The notes beneath the pieces are model-generated. The model did not search any database. It was given only the letters and a program-made list of their open reading frames with translations, and was not told the DNA's origin. From the sequence record OQ955832.1: 57,756 nucleotides of DNA, one strand, 5' to 3'. Source of the DNA: Escherichia phage vB_EcoS_PJ16. A program made the position numbers and the translations under genes. The number at the start of each line of letters is the position of its first letter. Position 1 is the first letter of the stretch. Below are positions 1 through 9,023 of this stretch, piece after piece.

Positions 1-206
1 TATCTTTTTATAGATAACATAGAAAACATAGATATAAAGAAGAAGTAGTATAGAAAGATAGAGATAGTACATATAGTGTATTAGCTGTAAATAGAGCTAA
101 AATAAAAGTCTGGGGGATACCTATTGTAATCTATGTTTTTATGCAAGTCTTTGAAATCATTGTGATTATGTGTTACGTATTTATGTATGTGATCGAAAAT
201 TAGTGC
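1..206. repeat. AT-rich non-coding repeat region (right half of hub A, continuing from the window end)
   Basis: No RBS-preceded ORF; short direct repeats (catagat, GCAYGTTGTG); positions 1-80 are homologous to 17749-17830. Confidence 0.6.
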
Positions 207-323
207 ATGTTGTGCACTAACTGTAAACTTAATACTAACATTGTATTAACTGTAAAACAGGGCGTGTGGACAACCCGTGGGTATCTGTGGGAAACTAATT
301 TAAAATTTATGGGAGACAAATTT

Positions 324-959
324 ATGAAAATTTCAGACCGGGCTAAAAGGGCTGCTCTGGAGTTAACAACCGATCAACTCCGTTTTGCTAACCTGTGGTT
401 AGATCGTGTCAATAACGGCTTCAGCAACGCTCAGTGCGTCTTACACGCTTATCCGGGACATAAAGACCCTGACGCAGCTAAAGTCACCGCACACCGCCTC
501 CTGTCGAATACGAAGGTGTTGAACTATCTGGACGCGATGGGAAGTCATGCGCTTGAATCTGTCGGGGAATCGTTAACGAGTCGTGTCGAGTGGTGGAAGC
601 GCGCGGCAAGCACGGCTGAAGAATTACTGGAACCGTACTGTCAGCGCGTCATCGTCCCTGGTGAAGACGATACAGAAGCGAAACACCTGTGGGTGAACAG
701 TACCGACGATATCCCCAGCCATCTGCAACAGTACGTAGTTTGCTACAAACGTTACATGCTGGGTGGATACATTCTGGTGACACGTGAACTGTTCGACCCG
801 AAAACTCGTGCAAAAGCGTCTGAACAACTGGATAAGATCACCGGGAACAGTATCGACCGTGTGGAATTGTCTGGCGTGGTTGGTAACGTGGTTCAGAGTG
901 TCCCTGAAGGTGCAACCATCGACGACATTGCGCAACTGTACCAGAAGGCGCTCAAATAA
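324..959 (+). CDS. Terminase small subunit (putative)
   Basis: Track ORF 207-959 trimmed to ATG 324 (GGGAGA 7 nt upstream); N-terminal ELTTDQLRFANLWL resembles TerS DNA-binding segment; terminator follows. Confidence 0.5.
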   Translation: MKISDRAKRAALELTTDQLRFANLWLDRVNNGFSNAQCVLHAYPGHKDPDAAKVTAHRLLSNTKVLNYLDAMGSHALESVGESLTSRVEWWKRAASTAEELLEPYCQRVIVPGEDDTEAKHLWVNSTDDIPSHLQQYVVCYKRYMLGGYILVTRELFDPKTRAKASEQLDKITGNSIDRVELSGVVGNVVQSVPEGATIDDIAQLYQKALK

Positions 960-1050
960 CGCCGGAAACCGTTTGCTTTTTCGATAAACAGGGTGGGGTG
1001 GTGCAAGTGTACTGGTGAAGGTGTTAAGTTCGTCAGAGAGCGTTTTAGAA

Positions 1051-1077
1051 AGCCCGGTTAATTCCGGGCTTTTTTTA
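1051..1077 (+). terminator. Rho-independent terminator
   Basis: Stem agcccgg/ccgggct, loop ttaatt, then T7 run. Confidence 0.7.
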
Positions 1078-1311
1078 GTAGAATGTTTTAGGTGCGGGAA
1101 GATTTGTATTAATGAAACTTTTCGCGTCATCAAGAGTTCTAAAGAAGCCATAATCTTTGTGATTCATTGTCACGTTGTATGGGTAATCACAGTTAAAACT
1201 TAAAGTCATAAAATAGATCCTGCCAATTTCTTTACCATTCTCAAAAATCGCAAGGTCTTTCGTAAGCAGTGAACCTGTTCCTAAAGCATATGCTGGTTCA
1301 AAAGTTTTCAT
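1075..1311 (-). CDS. Hypothetical protein (78 aa)
   Basis: Track ORF; start overlaps stop of upstream small ORF in ATGA arrangement. Confidence 0.4.
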   Translation of the reverse strand: MKTFEPAYALGTGSLLTKDLAIFENGKEIGRIYFMTLSFNCDYPYNVTMNHKDYGFFRTLDDAKSFINTNLPAPKTFY

Positions 1312-1460
1312 TTGAATTCATACTCCACAATACCAAATTCGTTAATAATTTGTGCTTTATAAAAACAACCTTTCGATGCCAGTTTATAGGCTTGTTCCAT
1401 AGTCATTTCACGATATTCAGCCATTGAATTTTCTGTTTCTAATATCATCAGTGTAACCAT
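1308..1460 (-). CDS. Hypothetical small protein (50 aa)
   Basis: Not in track; ATG with GAGGA RBS about 8 nt upstream; stop overlaps next start (ATGA). Confidence 0.35.
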   Translation of the reverse strand: MVTLMILETENSMAEYREMTMEQAYKLASKGCFYKAQIINEFGIVEYEFK

Positions 1461-1493
1461 TTTCCGGTTCCTCACAATTCGTTGTCTATGTGA

Positions 1494-1540
1494 GTAATTT
1501 ACACTTCCCTGTGTAATCCGTCAAGAATTATTTTAAATTT
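1494..1540 (-). promoter_or_regulatory. sigma70-type promoter with UP element (conserved family)
   Basis: Minus strand: UP AT-tract, -35 TTGACG (1519-1524), 17-bp spacer, -10 TAAATT (1496-1501). Confidence 0.65.
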
Positions 1541-1860
1541 TGTTTCAGTAACTTGTACGTTTCAGGACATTTACCGGATCCGCGTTCACGTTCATAAGCG
1601 GCACTAATAACGTCCCAGTTTTCAATCACACCTTTAAACGCCGGACACTTTTCAGCAATCAATGGAAAACTGTTTCTGATTTCCGGTACAGCTTCAACCA
1701 GGAACCAGCAACGGCGAAAATCGGAAACGTCAAGGGGTGCTCTAAACTCCCAGTCGTAACCCATTTCATTACCCGTGTGAATACAGACCATCGTTTTAGA
1801 ACTTAGTCCGGTTTCACCAGAACATAACCACTGAATAATACGTTCCTGTTCTGTTTTCAT
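1528..1860 (-). CDS. Hypothetical protein (110 aa)
   Basis: Track ORF; ATGA-coupled to upstream gene. Confidence 0.5.
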   Translation of the reverse strand: MKTEQERIIQWLCSGETGLSSKTMVCIHTGNEMGYDWEFRAPLDVSDFRRCWFLVEAVPEIRNSFPLIAEKCPAFKGVIENWDVISAAYERERGSGKCPETYKLLKQNLK

Positions 1861-2024
1861 TTCGTATCACCTATCATGAGCAAACAATCTGGTGTGTTAA
1901 TCCAGAAACGATCACCAACATCCGGGGAAGCATCCCAGGGCATCTTTTCAGTTACTTCCAGTTCAAGATCACCACGGGTATTTTCAGCGATAATTTTTAC
2001 AGGTACACCGTCATAGGTACTCAT
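1857..2024 (-). CDS. Hypothetical small protein (55 aa)
   Basis: Not in track; ATG overlaps RdgC stop (ATGA) and its stop overlaps next start. Confidence 0.4.
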   Translation of the reverse strand: MSTYDGVPVKIIAENTRGDLELEVTEKMPWDASPDVGDRFWINTPDCLLMIGDTK

Positions 2025-2935
2025 CGTTTTGCCTCCCCGCCGAGTGCCACCACAAGTTGTTTAATCAGCGCCTGAAGTTCACCTGTCATTAGTACAAAAT
2101 CAGCGTCAAATCGTGCCAGAACATCTTCAAGGTCAATATCGTCATTCTGTCCGATCAGTCCATCACAGAACTTCACACGGTTTAATGTCATGCTGTCAGT
2201 TAGCGTAAACGTTACCCGCTGCTGCCAGTCCAGAGCCAGCTTTGTAACGACTTTCCCTGCTTCAATATGTGTGGCTATTTCATCACTGGTTAAATCCTGT
2301 TTTTTAACGCGTGCAACACCGCCGTCAGTCAGGATTGCTTTCAGTTCAGCAGCGTCACCCATTGTAAAACCTGTTGGCGCGTTTCCTGAACGTACCCACT
2401 CCGTTGTTGTCAGTTCAACAGGGTTTTCAGTTGTCAGTGGGACTACAGGCAGACTACCCAGGGATTTACGCAACAGCGCTAACGCATCTTCAGCCCGTTT
2501 AGCACTGGACGCATCAACCACGATTAACCCGTTAGTGATGTCGATCCATAACTGTGTACGACTGTTTTTAACGAACACCCGTGGTAACAGACTGTGTAAC
2601 ACTTCGTCTTTCAGCGCGTCTTTCTCTGTTTTCTTCAGTTTACGCGCCTGTTCAGCTTCCAGTTTGGCGATTCGCGCGTTCAGATGTTGTTTAATGACCG
2701 GGCCAGGAATAATCTTTTCCTGTTTCTGAATAGTCAGCAGATATTGCCCATTAGCCTGGTGAACCAGTGTATGATGTTGTTCAGTTGCCGGAATCCATCC
2801 AGTACGCGCCATATCCTGTGAACCGCACGGATTGAATTGAAACGCACACAGGCTGTCTTCCAGCGTTGGTAAATGGGCCATTAATTGCATCGGGTTAGTC
2901 AGGCGATAAATGATTGCGTTTTTAAAGAAGTTCAT
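2021..2935 (-). CDS. rdgC: Recombination-associated protein RdgC
   Basis: 304 aa; N-terminus FKNxxxYRL and long blocks ([53 protein letters not shown]) match enterobacterial RdgC as recalled. Confidence 0.85.
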   Translation of the reverse strand: MNFFKNAIIYRLTNPMQLMAHLPTLEDSLCAFQFNPCGSQDMARTGWIPATEQHHTLVHQANGQYLLTIQKQEKIIPGPVIKQHLNARIAKLEAEQARKLKKTEKDALKDEVLHSLLPRVFVKNSRTQLWIDITNGLIVVDASSAKRAEDALALLRKSLGSLPVVPLTTENPVELTTTEWVRSGNAPTGFTMGDAAELKAILTDGGVARVKKQDLTSDEIATHIEAGKVVTKLALDWQQRVTFTLTDSMTLNRVKFCDGLIGQNDDIDLEDVLARFDADFVLMTGELQALIKQLVVALGGEAKR

Positions 2936-3129
2936 AGTTCAATGTCCTGTGGTTTGATAGTAACTTTTCCGTCAAGAACAACAGTGTTTACACCACTTAG
3001 TTTTTGTTCTTCGTATAAATCAAGTTCAACATTAATTCCGACGATTGAGGCTTCGTGTATCGTGCTGTTTAACTGTTTAATAAGATCTAAAATTCTACGC
3101 TGATAATCTTGTGCTTCTGTTAGTTTCAT
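2932..3129 (-). CDS. Hypothetical protein (65 aa)
   Basis: Track ORF; ATGA-coupled chain. Confidence 0.5.
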   Translation of the reverse strand: MKLTEAQDYQRRILDLIKQLNSTIHEASIVGINVELDLYEEQKLSGVNTVVLDGKVTIKPQDIEL

Positions 3130-3323
3130 ACACCACCTTCATTTTTAATATAGTCAGCAACTAAATCTTTGACTTCTACAATTTTAACAGCACCATTATA
3201 ATCAACCTCAATATGACAGTGACCATAACGCGCCGCTGTTAACCTGGCGTCGTTCAGTATTTTTAAATCTTTCAATACTTGTTCAATTGCTTGTTGTTTA
3301 ATTACAGATTCGTGCACAGTCAT
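3126..3323 (-). CDS. Hypothetical protein (65 aa)
   Basis: Track ORF; ATGA-coupled chain. Confidence 0.5.
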   Translation of the reverse strand: MTVHESVIKQQAIEQVLKDLKILNDARLTAARYGHCHIEVDYNGAVKIVEVKDLVADYIKNEGGV

Positions 3324-3475
3324 TTCCTGTTCCTTCTTTTCTTCGCCTCGCGTCGGGCTTTTGCAATACCTGTTTTACGATGTGGTTGTTTACGGTCAGT
3401 AATAAGTCGTTGTGGTGGAATACCCCACAATGTGTTAGTGGAACTTAACAGTTTAATCGCGTAATCAAGAATCAT
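3320..3475 (-). CDS. Hypothetical small basic protein (51 aa)
   Basis: Not in track; ATG overlaps upstream stop; Lys/Arg-rich C-terminus. Confidence 0.4.
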   Translation of the reverse strand: MILDYAIKLLSSTNTLWGIPPQRLITDRKQPHRKTGIAKARREAKKRRNRK

Positions 3476-3765
3476 ACGTTCACCACTTTTAAATCAGGTG
3501 TCAGGCTACGATGGTCATGATGACCGTTCATCGTAAACGAGAAAGTGTAATCGCACTGCTCACCGTCGAACGTGAAGGGGATTTGAAACCCTGTATCGTC
3601 AGTGATGCGAACTTTAACCGGGTATTCAGCTTGCGGATCGACTGCTACAACAGTGCCGAACGGTTGAGATTTGCGACGTGCGAGAATTTCTAACAGTCGT
3701 GGACTGGTGATTTCTACGTGTTGACCAGTTTTAAACATGGTGATAACTCCAGTTGTTTTACACAA
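3472..3765 (-). CDS. Hypothetical protein (97 aa)
   Basis: Track ORF; first gene downstream of promoter at 3794. Confidence 0.5.
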   Translation of the reverse strand: MCKTTGVITMFKTGQHVEITSPRLLEILARRKSQPFGTVVAVDPQAEYPVKVRITDDTGFQIPFTFDGEQCDYTFSFTMNGHHDHRSLTPDLKVVNV

Positions 3766-3768
3766 ACT

Positions 3769-3815
3769 GAAGTCTATCTGATAATGTGTAAACCGTCAAG
3801 AATTATTTTAAACTG
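3769..3815 (-). promoter_or_regulatory. sigma70-type promoter with UP element (conserved family)
   Basis: -35 TTGACG (3794-3799), 17-bp spacer, -10 TAGACT (3771-3776), AT-rich UP element. Confidence 0.55.
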
Positions 3816-3980
3816 TCCATCACTGTCTGCAGCGTAACAAATACCGTGACTGTAGATTGTCGCAGTTCGTGTAATGCGTTGATAGTCTGAGCATTGGTTA
3901 CGAACACGCAGGTCATACCCGGACTGTATGATTAGCCAGGTTGCAATGATGGCGAGTAATTTTAAAACGTATCTGAACAT
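3774..3980 (-). CDS. Hypothetical small membrane/secreted protein
   Basis: Track ORF 3774-3989 trimmed to ATG with AGGAG RBS; hydrophobic N-terminus; 3' end overlaps promoter. Confidence 0.4.
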   Translation of the reverse strand: MFRYVLKLLAIIATWLIIQSGYDLRVRNQCSDYQRITRTATIYSHGICYAADSDGQFKIILDGLHIIR

Positions 3981-4051
3981 GTTCCACACTCCTGTTTGAT
4001 AGTTTCAGGGTAGTGTGGAACTGGCGAAGATGGTATAGGATTTACGATAAT

Positions 4052-4441
4052 TTAACAGGGGTTTCGACTGGCATAAAACTTTGTACCGACTGGCATACGT
4101 TCCATGTTGAGTTTTCCACGTAGGTGTTTGTATGTTTCACCGGGAGAACGTAGTTCTGCTTCACACGGTCTTTCAACAATTTCACCCACGGGATCACCTA
4201 ACGCGCCTTTCCATCCTTCCCACATTGCAGTCATAGTGATAAACCAGACACTACCTAAACTGGCTTTCTTGTTCTCCCAGAACCAGTCTATGAACTCTAT
4301 CGACATTCCGTGCTGTTTTGCAATTTCATAACGGTCATCCACTTTTTTAACCCTCCACCCATATTTAGCACGATTCATAGCAGTCCGTTCATCATTCGTT
4401 GTGAACAGTACACGCCCGGATTTATGACAAATGTTCCACAT
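4052..4441 (-). CDS. Hypothetical protein
   Basis: Track ORF 4052-4474 (alternative GTG start); trimmed to first ATG; no recognisable motif. Confidence 0.4.
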   Translation of the reverse strand: MWNICHKSGRVLFTTNDERTAMNRAKYGWRVKKVDDRYEIAKQHGMSIEFIDWFWENKKASLGSVWFITMTAMWEGWKGALGDPVGEIVERPCEAELRSPGETYKHLRGKLNMERMPVGTKFYASRNPC

Positions 4442-4741
4442 TATAACTACCGCCTGAATAGTGATGTTTACCACACAACGATCTACTTACACGTTTCACA
4501 CTTGGCCCCTTCAGCCTTGTCTATTCCACACTGCAAATATTCATTTTCTTTTTGTTCTAATGTTTTTCCACGACACAAACCAACAGTGGTACTTTCTGGT
4601 GTCATTTTATATTTCTGATAGTTTGCTTCCAGTTGTCGAACACGGTGATAGTGTGCCGGATACATTGTGCGTAACATGTGGATTTCACCACCTGTCACCC
4701 GTGGTAAACTGTATAGAACAGTTACAAACGGACCGATAACC

Positions 4742-6505
4742 ATGAATAAGTTTACTGGAAATATTCATAATTACCCGCGCTGGCGTGATGCCTACGCAAA
4801 TGACGAACGTATCTGGCGAAAAGGTCAGCCACGACCAGATTACAAACAGTGTTACATTGACCGCATCAACCTGTTAAACCGTATGCGCACGGATCGGGCA
4901 ATTGTCCCGGTATTGAAAAAGTATTACGAAACAAACCCGGTAGCATTCATTCTCGACTGGGCGTTTACTTATGACCCGCGTAACGTCGGTACTGAGTACC
5001 CGCCTAACATGCCTTTCTGCCTTTTCGAACGTCAGATTGACATGGTTCAGTTTGTTTATGAAGCGCTTGAAGACAAAGAGAAAGGGCTTTGGGAAAAATC
5101 GCGAGACTATGGTGCGACCTGGGTAGCCTGTGGTTTGTCCGTGTGGGCGTGGCTGTATCGTCCCGGTTCTTCAGTTGGCTGGGGATCACGTAAAGAGCAG
5201 CTTGTTGATAAACTGGGCGACCCGGATAGTATTTTTGAAAAGATTCGCCAGATTATCCGCGCATTACCACCGGAATTACGTCCTGTTGGTCTGCGTGAAA
5301 AAGACCATCTGGTTTACATGAAATGTATCAACCCTGAAAACGGTGCAACAATTACTGGTGAAGCTGGCGATAACATCGGTCGTGGTGGTCGTAAATCTGT
5401 TTACTTTCTCGATGAAGCGGCACACGTAGATCGTCCTGAACTGATCGAAGCGTCGTTGTCAGCTAACACCAACGTCCGTATTGACATCAGTTCAGTTAAT
5501 GGCGTTGGTAACGTTTTTTATCGTAACCGTAAAGCGGGTCTGGAATGGGAACCGGGTAAGAAATTACCCCGTGGTAAATTGCGTGTCATGGTTCTGGACT
5601 GGCGTGATCACCCGGCTAAAGACGACGAATGGTATAAACGAGAAAAACAATCGTTCGCTGAAAAAGGTTTACAGCATATTTTTGCACAGGAAGTTGACCG
5701 CGATTATGCCGCTGCTGTTCAGGGTGTACTGATTAAAGCTGAATGGGTACGCGCTGCTTTTGACGCGTTCCGTGACACAGAATGGCGCAAAGCTAATGGA
5801 CTACTTACACCAACAGGTCAACGTATCGCCGGACAGGATGCCGCAGACGGTGGTGAAGACGCAAGCGCACTGGTAATTGCTCACGGTGTATTCCTGACAC
5901 ATCTGCAACTTGACCACAGGGGCGCTGAACTGGCTGCACCAGGAATGTTGACGATGGCTAATATGCTGGGTGTTGATGAATACTGGTACGAAGTTAACGG
6001 TGTTGGTACAGGCGTTAAAGTAGCGGCAAATGACCGAAAAGATACTTTACGCTTCCGTGTGCGTCCGTGGTTACCGAATGGAAAAGTTGTGGATCCGGGC
6101 GGTGATATTATCGGTGGTACGAAACCAGGTGACAAAGACCGTAAATCAAACAAAGATTATTTCTCAAATTATAAAGCACAGGCATCGTGGGCGTTACGCT
6201 TGCGTTGTCAGCGAATTTATAAATGGTATGTGGAAGGTCAACCACAGGATCCAGACGAAATCATTCTGATTGATCCATCACTGGAAAATGCACAACGGTT
6301 AGAAGCTGAGTTAAGCCAGCCAACGTATACCAGTAACGGTGCCGGGAAGATTGTGATCGACAAGAAACCAAACGGTAGTAAGTCACCAAACTTTTTCGAT
6401 GCTGCGGTTATTGCACTATCACCAAAACGTACCGAATTCGTTGAAGAACCGTTTACTGGCGGTGTGAATCCTGTTGGTACTCCTGAATACGGTGACATTT
6501 TTTAA
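4742..6505 (+). CDS. Terminase large subunit
   Basis: Track ORF 4667-6505, likely start ATG 4742; size and ATPase/nuclease-like organisation (DEAAH-like FLDEAAH) typical of TerL. Confidence 0.8.
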   Translation: MNKFTGNIHNYPRWRDAYANDERIWRKGQPRPDYKQCYIDRINLLNRMRTDRAIVPVLKKYYETNPVAFILDWAFTYDPRNVGTEYPPNMPFCLFERQIDMVQFVYEALEDKEKGLWEKSRDYGATWVACGLSVWAWLYRPGSSVGWGSRKEQLVDKLGDPDSIFEKIRQIIRALPPELRPVGLREKDHLVYMKCINPENGATITGEAGDNIGRGGRKSVYFLDEAAHVDRPELIEASLSANTNVRIDISSVNGVGNVFYRNRKAGLEWEPGKKLPRGKLRVMVLDWRDHPAKDDEWYKREKQSFAEKGLQHIFAQEVDRDYAAAVQGVLIKAEWVRAAFDAFRDTEWRKANGLLTPTGQRIAGQDAADGGEDASALVIAHGVFLTHLQLDHRGAELAAPGMLTMANMLGVDEYWYEVNGVGTGVKVAANDRKDTLRFRVRPWLPNGKVVDPGGDIIGGTKPGDKDRKSNKDYFSNYKAQASWALRLRCQRIYKWYVEGQPQDPDEIILIDPSLENAQRLEAELSQPTYTSNGAGKIVIDKKPNGSKSPNFFDAAVIALSPKRTEFVEEPFTGGVNPVGTPEYGDIF

Positions 6506-6511
6506 ACAGTG

Positions 6512-6545
6512 TGGCGGGATTATTCCCGCCCGTTTTCTTTTTAAT
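6512..6545 (+). terminator. Rho-independent terminator
   Basis: Stem ggcggga/cccgcc followed by T-rich tract. Confidence 0.65.
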
Positions 6546-6576
6546 TCTTGACAAATTACATTATAAATGTTTGTAA
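6535..6576 (+). promoter_or_regulatory. sigma70-type promoter (conserved family, -10 uncertain)
   Basis: TAATTCTTGACAAATTACA matches family consensus; -35 TTGACA 6548-6553; -10 position ambiguous. Confidence 0.45.
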
Positions 6577-6666
6577 ATTATCTGTTAGATTAATGTAACA
6601 CGTCTATACTCCTGCAGGTAACCAATCGGTTACAGTTAATTAACATTCTCTCACAGGAGTTTCAAC

Positions 6667-7365
6667 ATGTCTGACATGACTTTAGTTCCCACTGGCGGTT
6701 TCGGCGGTGAAGCTGGCGCGGCTGCACTTGGTGGTGGTATCGGCGGTCTTATCGGTTCCTGGTTCGGTAATGGCTGGGGTGGTGCCGGTGGTTGGGGTGG
6801 TCGTGGTATTGGTGCTGCTGAAGGTGTTGTTGTTCAGAACTCTCTGGATACTAACGCTATTCTTCAGGCTATTAATGCGGCGTCACTGGCTAACATTCAG
6901 GGTCAGAATGGTACTAACCTGACTGTTGAACGCTCAGCAGCTTCTACCTATAACGGTCTGACCCAACAAAACACACAAAACCTGCTGGCAAACGTTCAAG
7001 GTTTTGCAGGTCTGAACACTCAGATTCAGCAGGGTACTAACACGGTGACCAATGCGATCTGTGCGTCTGAAACTGCTGCACTGACTCGTTCTTTCCAGGC
7101 ACAGTTAGCGGCTGAGAAGTGTTGCTGTGAAACCAACCTGAATATCGAACGTCAGGCAGAAGCAACTCGTGCACTGATCCGTGATCAGTTCGCACAGTCT
7201 CAGGCTGTTCTGATTTGTGACCTGAAATCTCAGATTCAAACCCGTGACTTCCAGTTGTCTCAATTGTCACAAACGTCTCAGTTGGCGTGCAAAATTAACC
7301 AGGTCGATCAGCTTATTAACTTCAAGCTGCCTACTCCGCAAACTCCACCGACTGGCTGCTGCTAA
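6667..7365 (+). CDS. Glycine-rich protein with Cys clusters (unknown function)
   Basis: 232 aa; N-terminal GGxGG/GxxxG-rich tract, Q/N-rich middle, CCC and C-terminal GCC; good RBS AGGAG. Confidence 0.6.
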   Translation: MSDMTLVPTGGFGGEAGAAALGGGIGGLIGSWFGNGWGGAGGWGGRGIGAAEGVVVQNSLDTNAILQAINAASLANIQGQNGTNLTVERSAASTYNGLTQQNTQNLLANVQGFAGLNTQIQQGTNTVTNAICASETAALTRSFQAQLAAEKCCCETNLNIERQAEATRALIRDQFAQSQAVLICDLKSQIQTRDFQLSQLSQTSQLACKINQVDQLINFKLPTPQTPPTGCC

Positions 7366-7415
7366 TTGGTCAACTAAGCGCCTCTGTACGGGGCGCTTTA
7401 ACAGGAGATAAGAGT

Positions 7416-7775
7416 ATGCATTACAAACCGTATTACGTTATCAAAAAAGACGATGATGACGATGAAGAGGAAGATATAGAAATTCATCACCATCATCATT
7501 ATCACCACGGGCATCACCCGGACACGATGGGAGTATTTCATCATGATAGCTATGCTGGCGAACATGGTTCAGTTATGGCCCATGTTAAAGCACGTATGGA
7601 TAACCCTCCTTCGACTTGGGCGTCGTACCACGATAAGCCCGGCGGGATGATGTCCATTGTTGAAATGGAATATCGCGAACTGATGGAAGAAAAAACCGAA
7701 GGTTCGACGTCTGGTATTAAAAAAGAGCTAACGGATCTGGCTGCAGCCTGTATCCATGCACTTAAAAAGATGTAA
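7416..7775 (+). CDS. Acidic/His-rich protein (unknown function)
   Basis: 119 aa; DDDDDEEED followed by HHHHHYHHGHH; helical E-rich C-terminus. Confidence 0.6.
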   Translation: MHYKPYYVIKKDDDDDEEEDIEIHHHHHYHHGHHPDTMGVFHHDSYAGEHGSVMAHVKARMDNPPSTWASYHDKPGGMMSIVEMEYRELMEEKTEGSTSGIKKELTDLAAACIHALKKM

Positions 7776-7791
7776 CTAACAGGAAACCGAC

Positions 7792-8295
7792 ATGCAGAAT
7801 ATTAACGCAGGTATGGGTGTCACCCAGTTTAACGGTATGAAACCGCGAAGCACTATTAACATTGGTGGTGTGGAGTGGTCATTACGTCGGGATGCCACTG
7901 ACTCAACAACAATGTTTCCTCACCCGAAGGTAAGCTGGCTTAACGCTGGTTGTGAACCGATGGGTGATGGTCGTTTTCATTACTGTTGGATTTTGGGTGT
8001 AATTCCCCCGACACCGGGGACAATCGAACGACCTGTTAATGTGATGTATGTTGGTTTCCATCAATTTAAAATTAATATCGCACCTAATTCAATTAGTCAG
8101 GCTGATTTAGACAGGATGCATGTTTATGTCAGCGATACTTCTCATTTTGCTGGTGAATTTGTCAGTAAGTTTTTAGGTACAGAACCTGAACCTGTGGAAA
8201 CTCGTGAAAATATCAGCCCGTGGCCCCCGATGAATGATCCTCGTGAGCAACCAAAAGTAGCCAAAAATAAGGTAAACGAAGATGACGAAGAATGA
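7792..8295 (+). CDS. Hypothetical protein (167 aa)
   Basis: Track ORF with RBS. Confidence 0.55.
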   Translation: MQNINAGMGVTQFNGMKPRSTINIGGVEWSLRRDATDSTTMFPHPKVSWLNAGCEPMGDGRFHYCWILGVIPPTPGTIERPVNVMYVGFHQFKINIAPNSISQADLDRMHVYVSDTSHFAGEFVSKFLGTEPEPVETRENISPWPPMNDPREQPKVAKNKVNEDDEE

Positions 8296-8536
8296 AGGGG
8301 TAGACAAAGTAGTCGAAAGTCTGGGGTTACGCGCACACGTAATCGTAGACGAAGGTCACAGTCAAGAAGCGATCATGAAGTCGGCATTTAACGATTTTAA
8401 AGCGTTGGGTTCAATGAGTGGGATCATGGCAGTGATGACTACCGGGAAATTGAGCCAGCAACAGTTAGATCTGGCGCAACGTATCGCTGTGAAAGTAATT
8501 GCAGTTTTAGGTCTTAAAGAGTCAGAAAAAGCGTAA
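8282..8536 (+). CDS. Hypothetical protein (84 aa)
   Basis: Track ORF overlapping upstream gene end. Confidence 0.45.
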   Translation: MTKNEGVDKVVESLGLRAHVIVDEGHSQEAIMKSAFNDFKALGSMSGIMAVMTTGKLSQQQLDLAQRIAVKVIAVLGLKESEKA

Positions 8537-8549
8537 AAAGGGGGTTACT

Positions 8550-8714
8550 ATGTGTTGTAGAACATCGTGTTGTCTGGGAAGTCCTGCTACGCAATTTGGT
8601 CTTCTTCAGTCACAGATTGCACATACTCAGGCCGTTTTCAGAGGGTTTACCAGTCCGTTCATAGTACCATTACAGTTTTCCGCGTTCACGTTTAGACCTT
8701 TTGTATTTTACTGA
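8550..8714 (+). CDS. Cys-rich small peptide (54 aa, putative)
   Basis: Not in track; ATG 5 nt after AAGGGGG; begins MCCRTSCC; terminator follows. Confidence 0.3.
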   Translation: MCCRTSCCLGSPATQFGLLQSQIAHTQAVFRGFTSPFIVPLQFSAFTFRPFVFY

Positions 8715-8722
8715 TTGACTTT

Positions 8723-8748
8723 GCCCCGGAACTGTCCGGGGCTTTTTT
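8723..8748 (+). terminator. Rho-independent terminator
   Basis: Stem gccccgga/tccggggc then T6. Confidence 0.7.
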
Positions 8749-9023
8749 CAACGTCTGAAAGATGAAAGAACAGCGAGACTAACAGAACCTAAACCGAATA
8801 TGACGGCGTATGTTAGCTGATGTTGAAGTTTCACAAAACCGTAATAATCACTTTGTAATTCCACGATGTCAAAAGCAATTGAAAAACTGGTTACCAGCAA
8901 CATGATTGAAAGAACACGAATCAGAGCAACTGCTAACCCTATCACCCCTTGTTCTTTTTTCTCAGTTGTAATAACGACAACAATCATTAACAGAAGTGAA
9001 AAAGCAATGTACATATATTCCAT
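8748..9023 (-). CDS. Hypothetical membrane protein (91 aa)
   Basis: Track ORF; two hydrophobic helices. Confidence 0.5.
   Translation of the reverse strand: MEYMYIAFSLLLMIVVVITTEKKEQGVIGLAVALIRVLSIMLLVTSFSIAFDIVELQSDYYGFVKLQHQLTYAVIFGLGSVSLAVLSSFRR

Noticed and set aside
624-1151. Minus-strand ORF (175 aa) overlapping the TerS gene
   Set aside because: Antisense to a gene with RBS and terminator; it runs through the terminator hairpin and has no promoter context. Likely a shadow ORF.
2190-2729. Plus-strand ORF (179 aa) inside the rdgC locus
   Set aside because: Antisense to RdgC, which has clear homology; Ser/Ala-rich composition typical of antisense reading.
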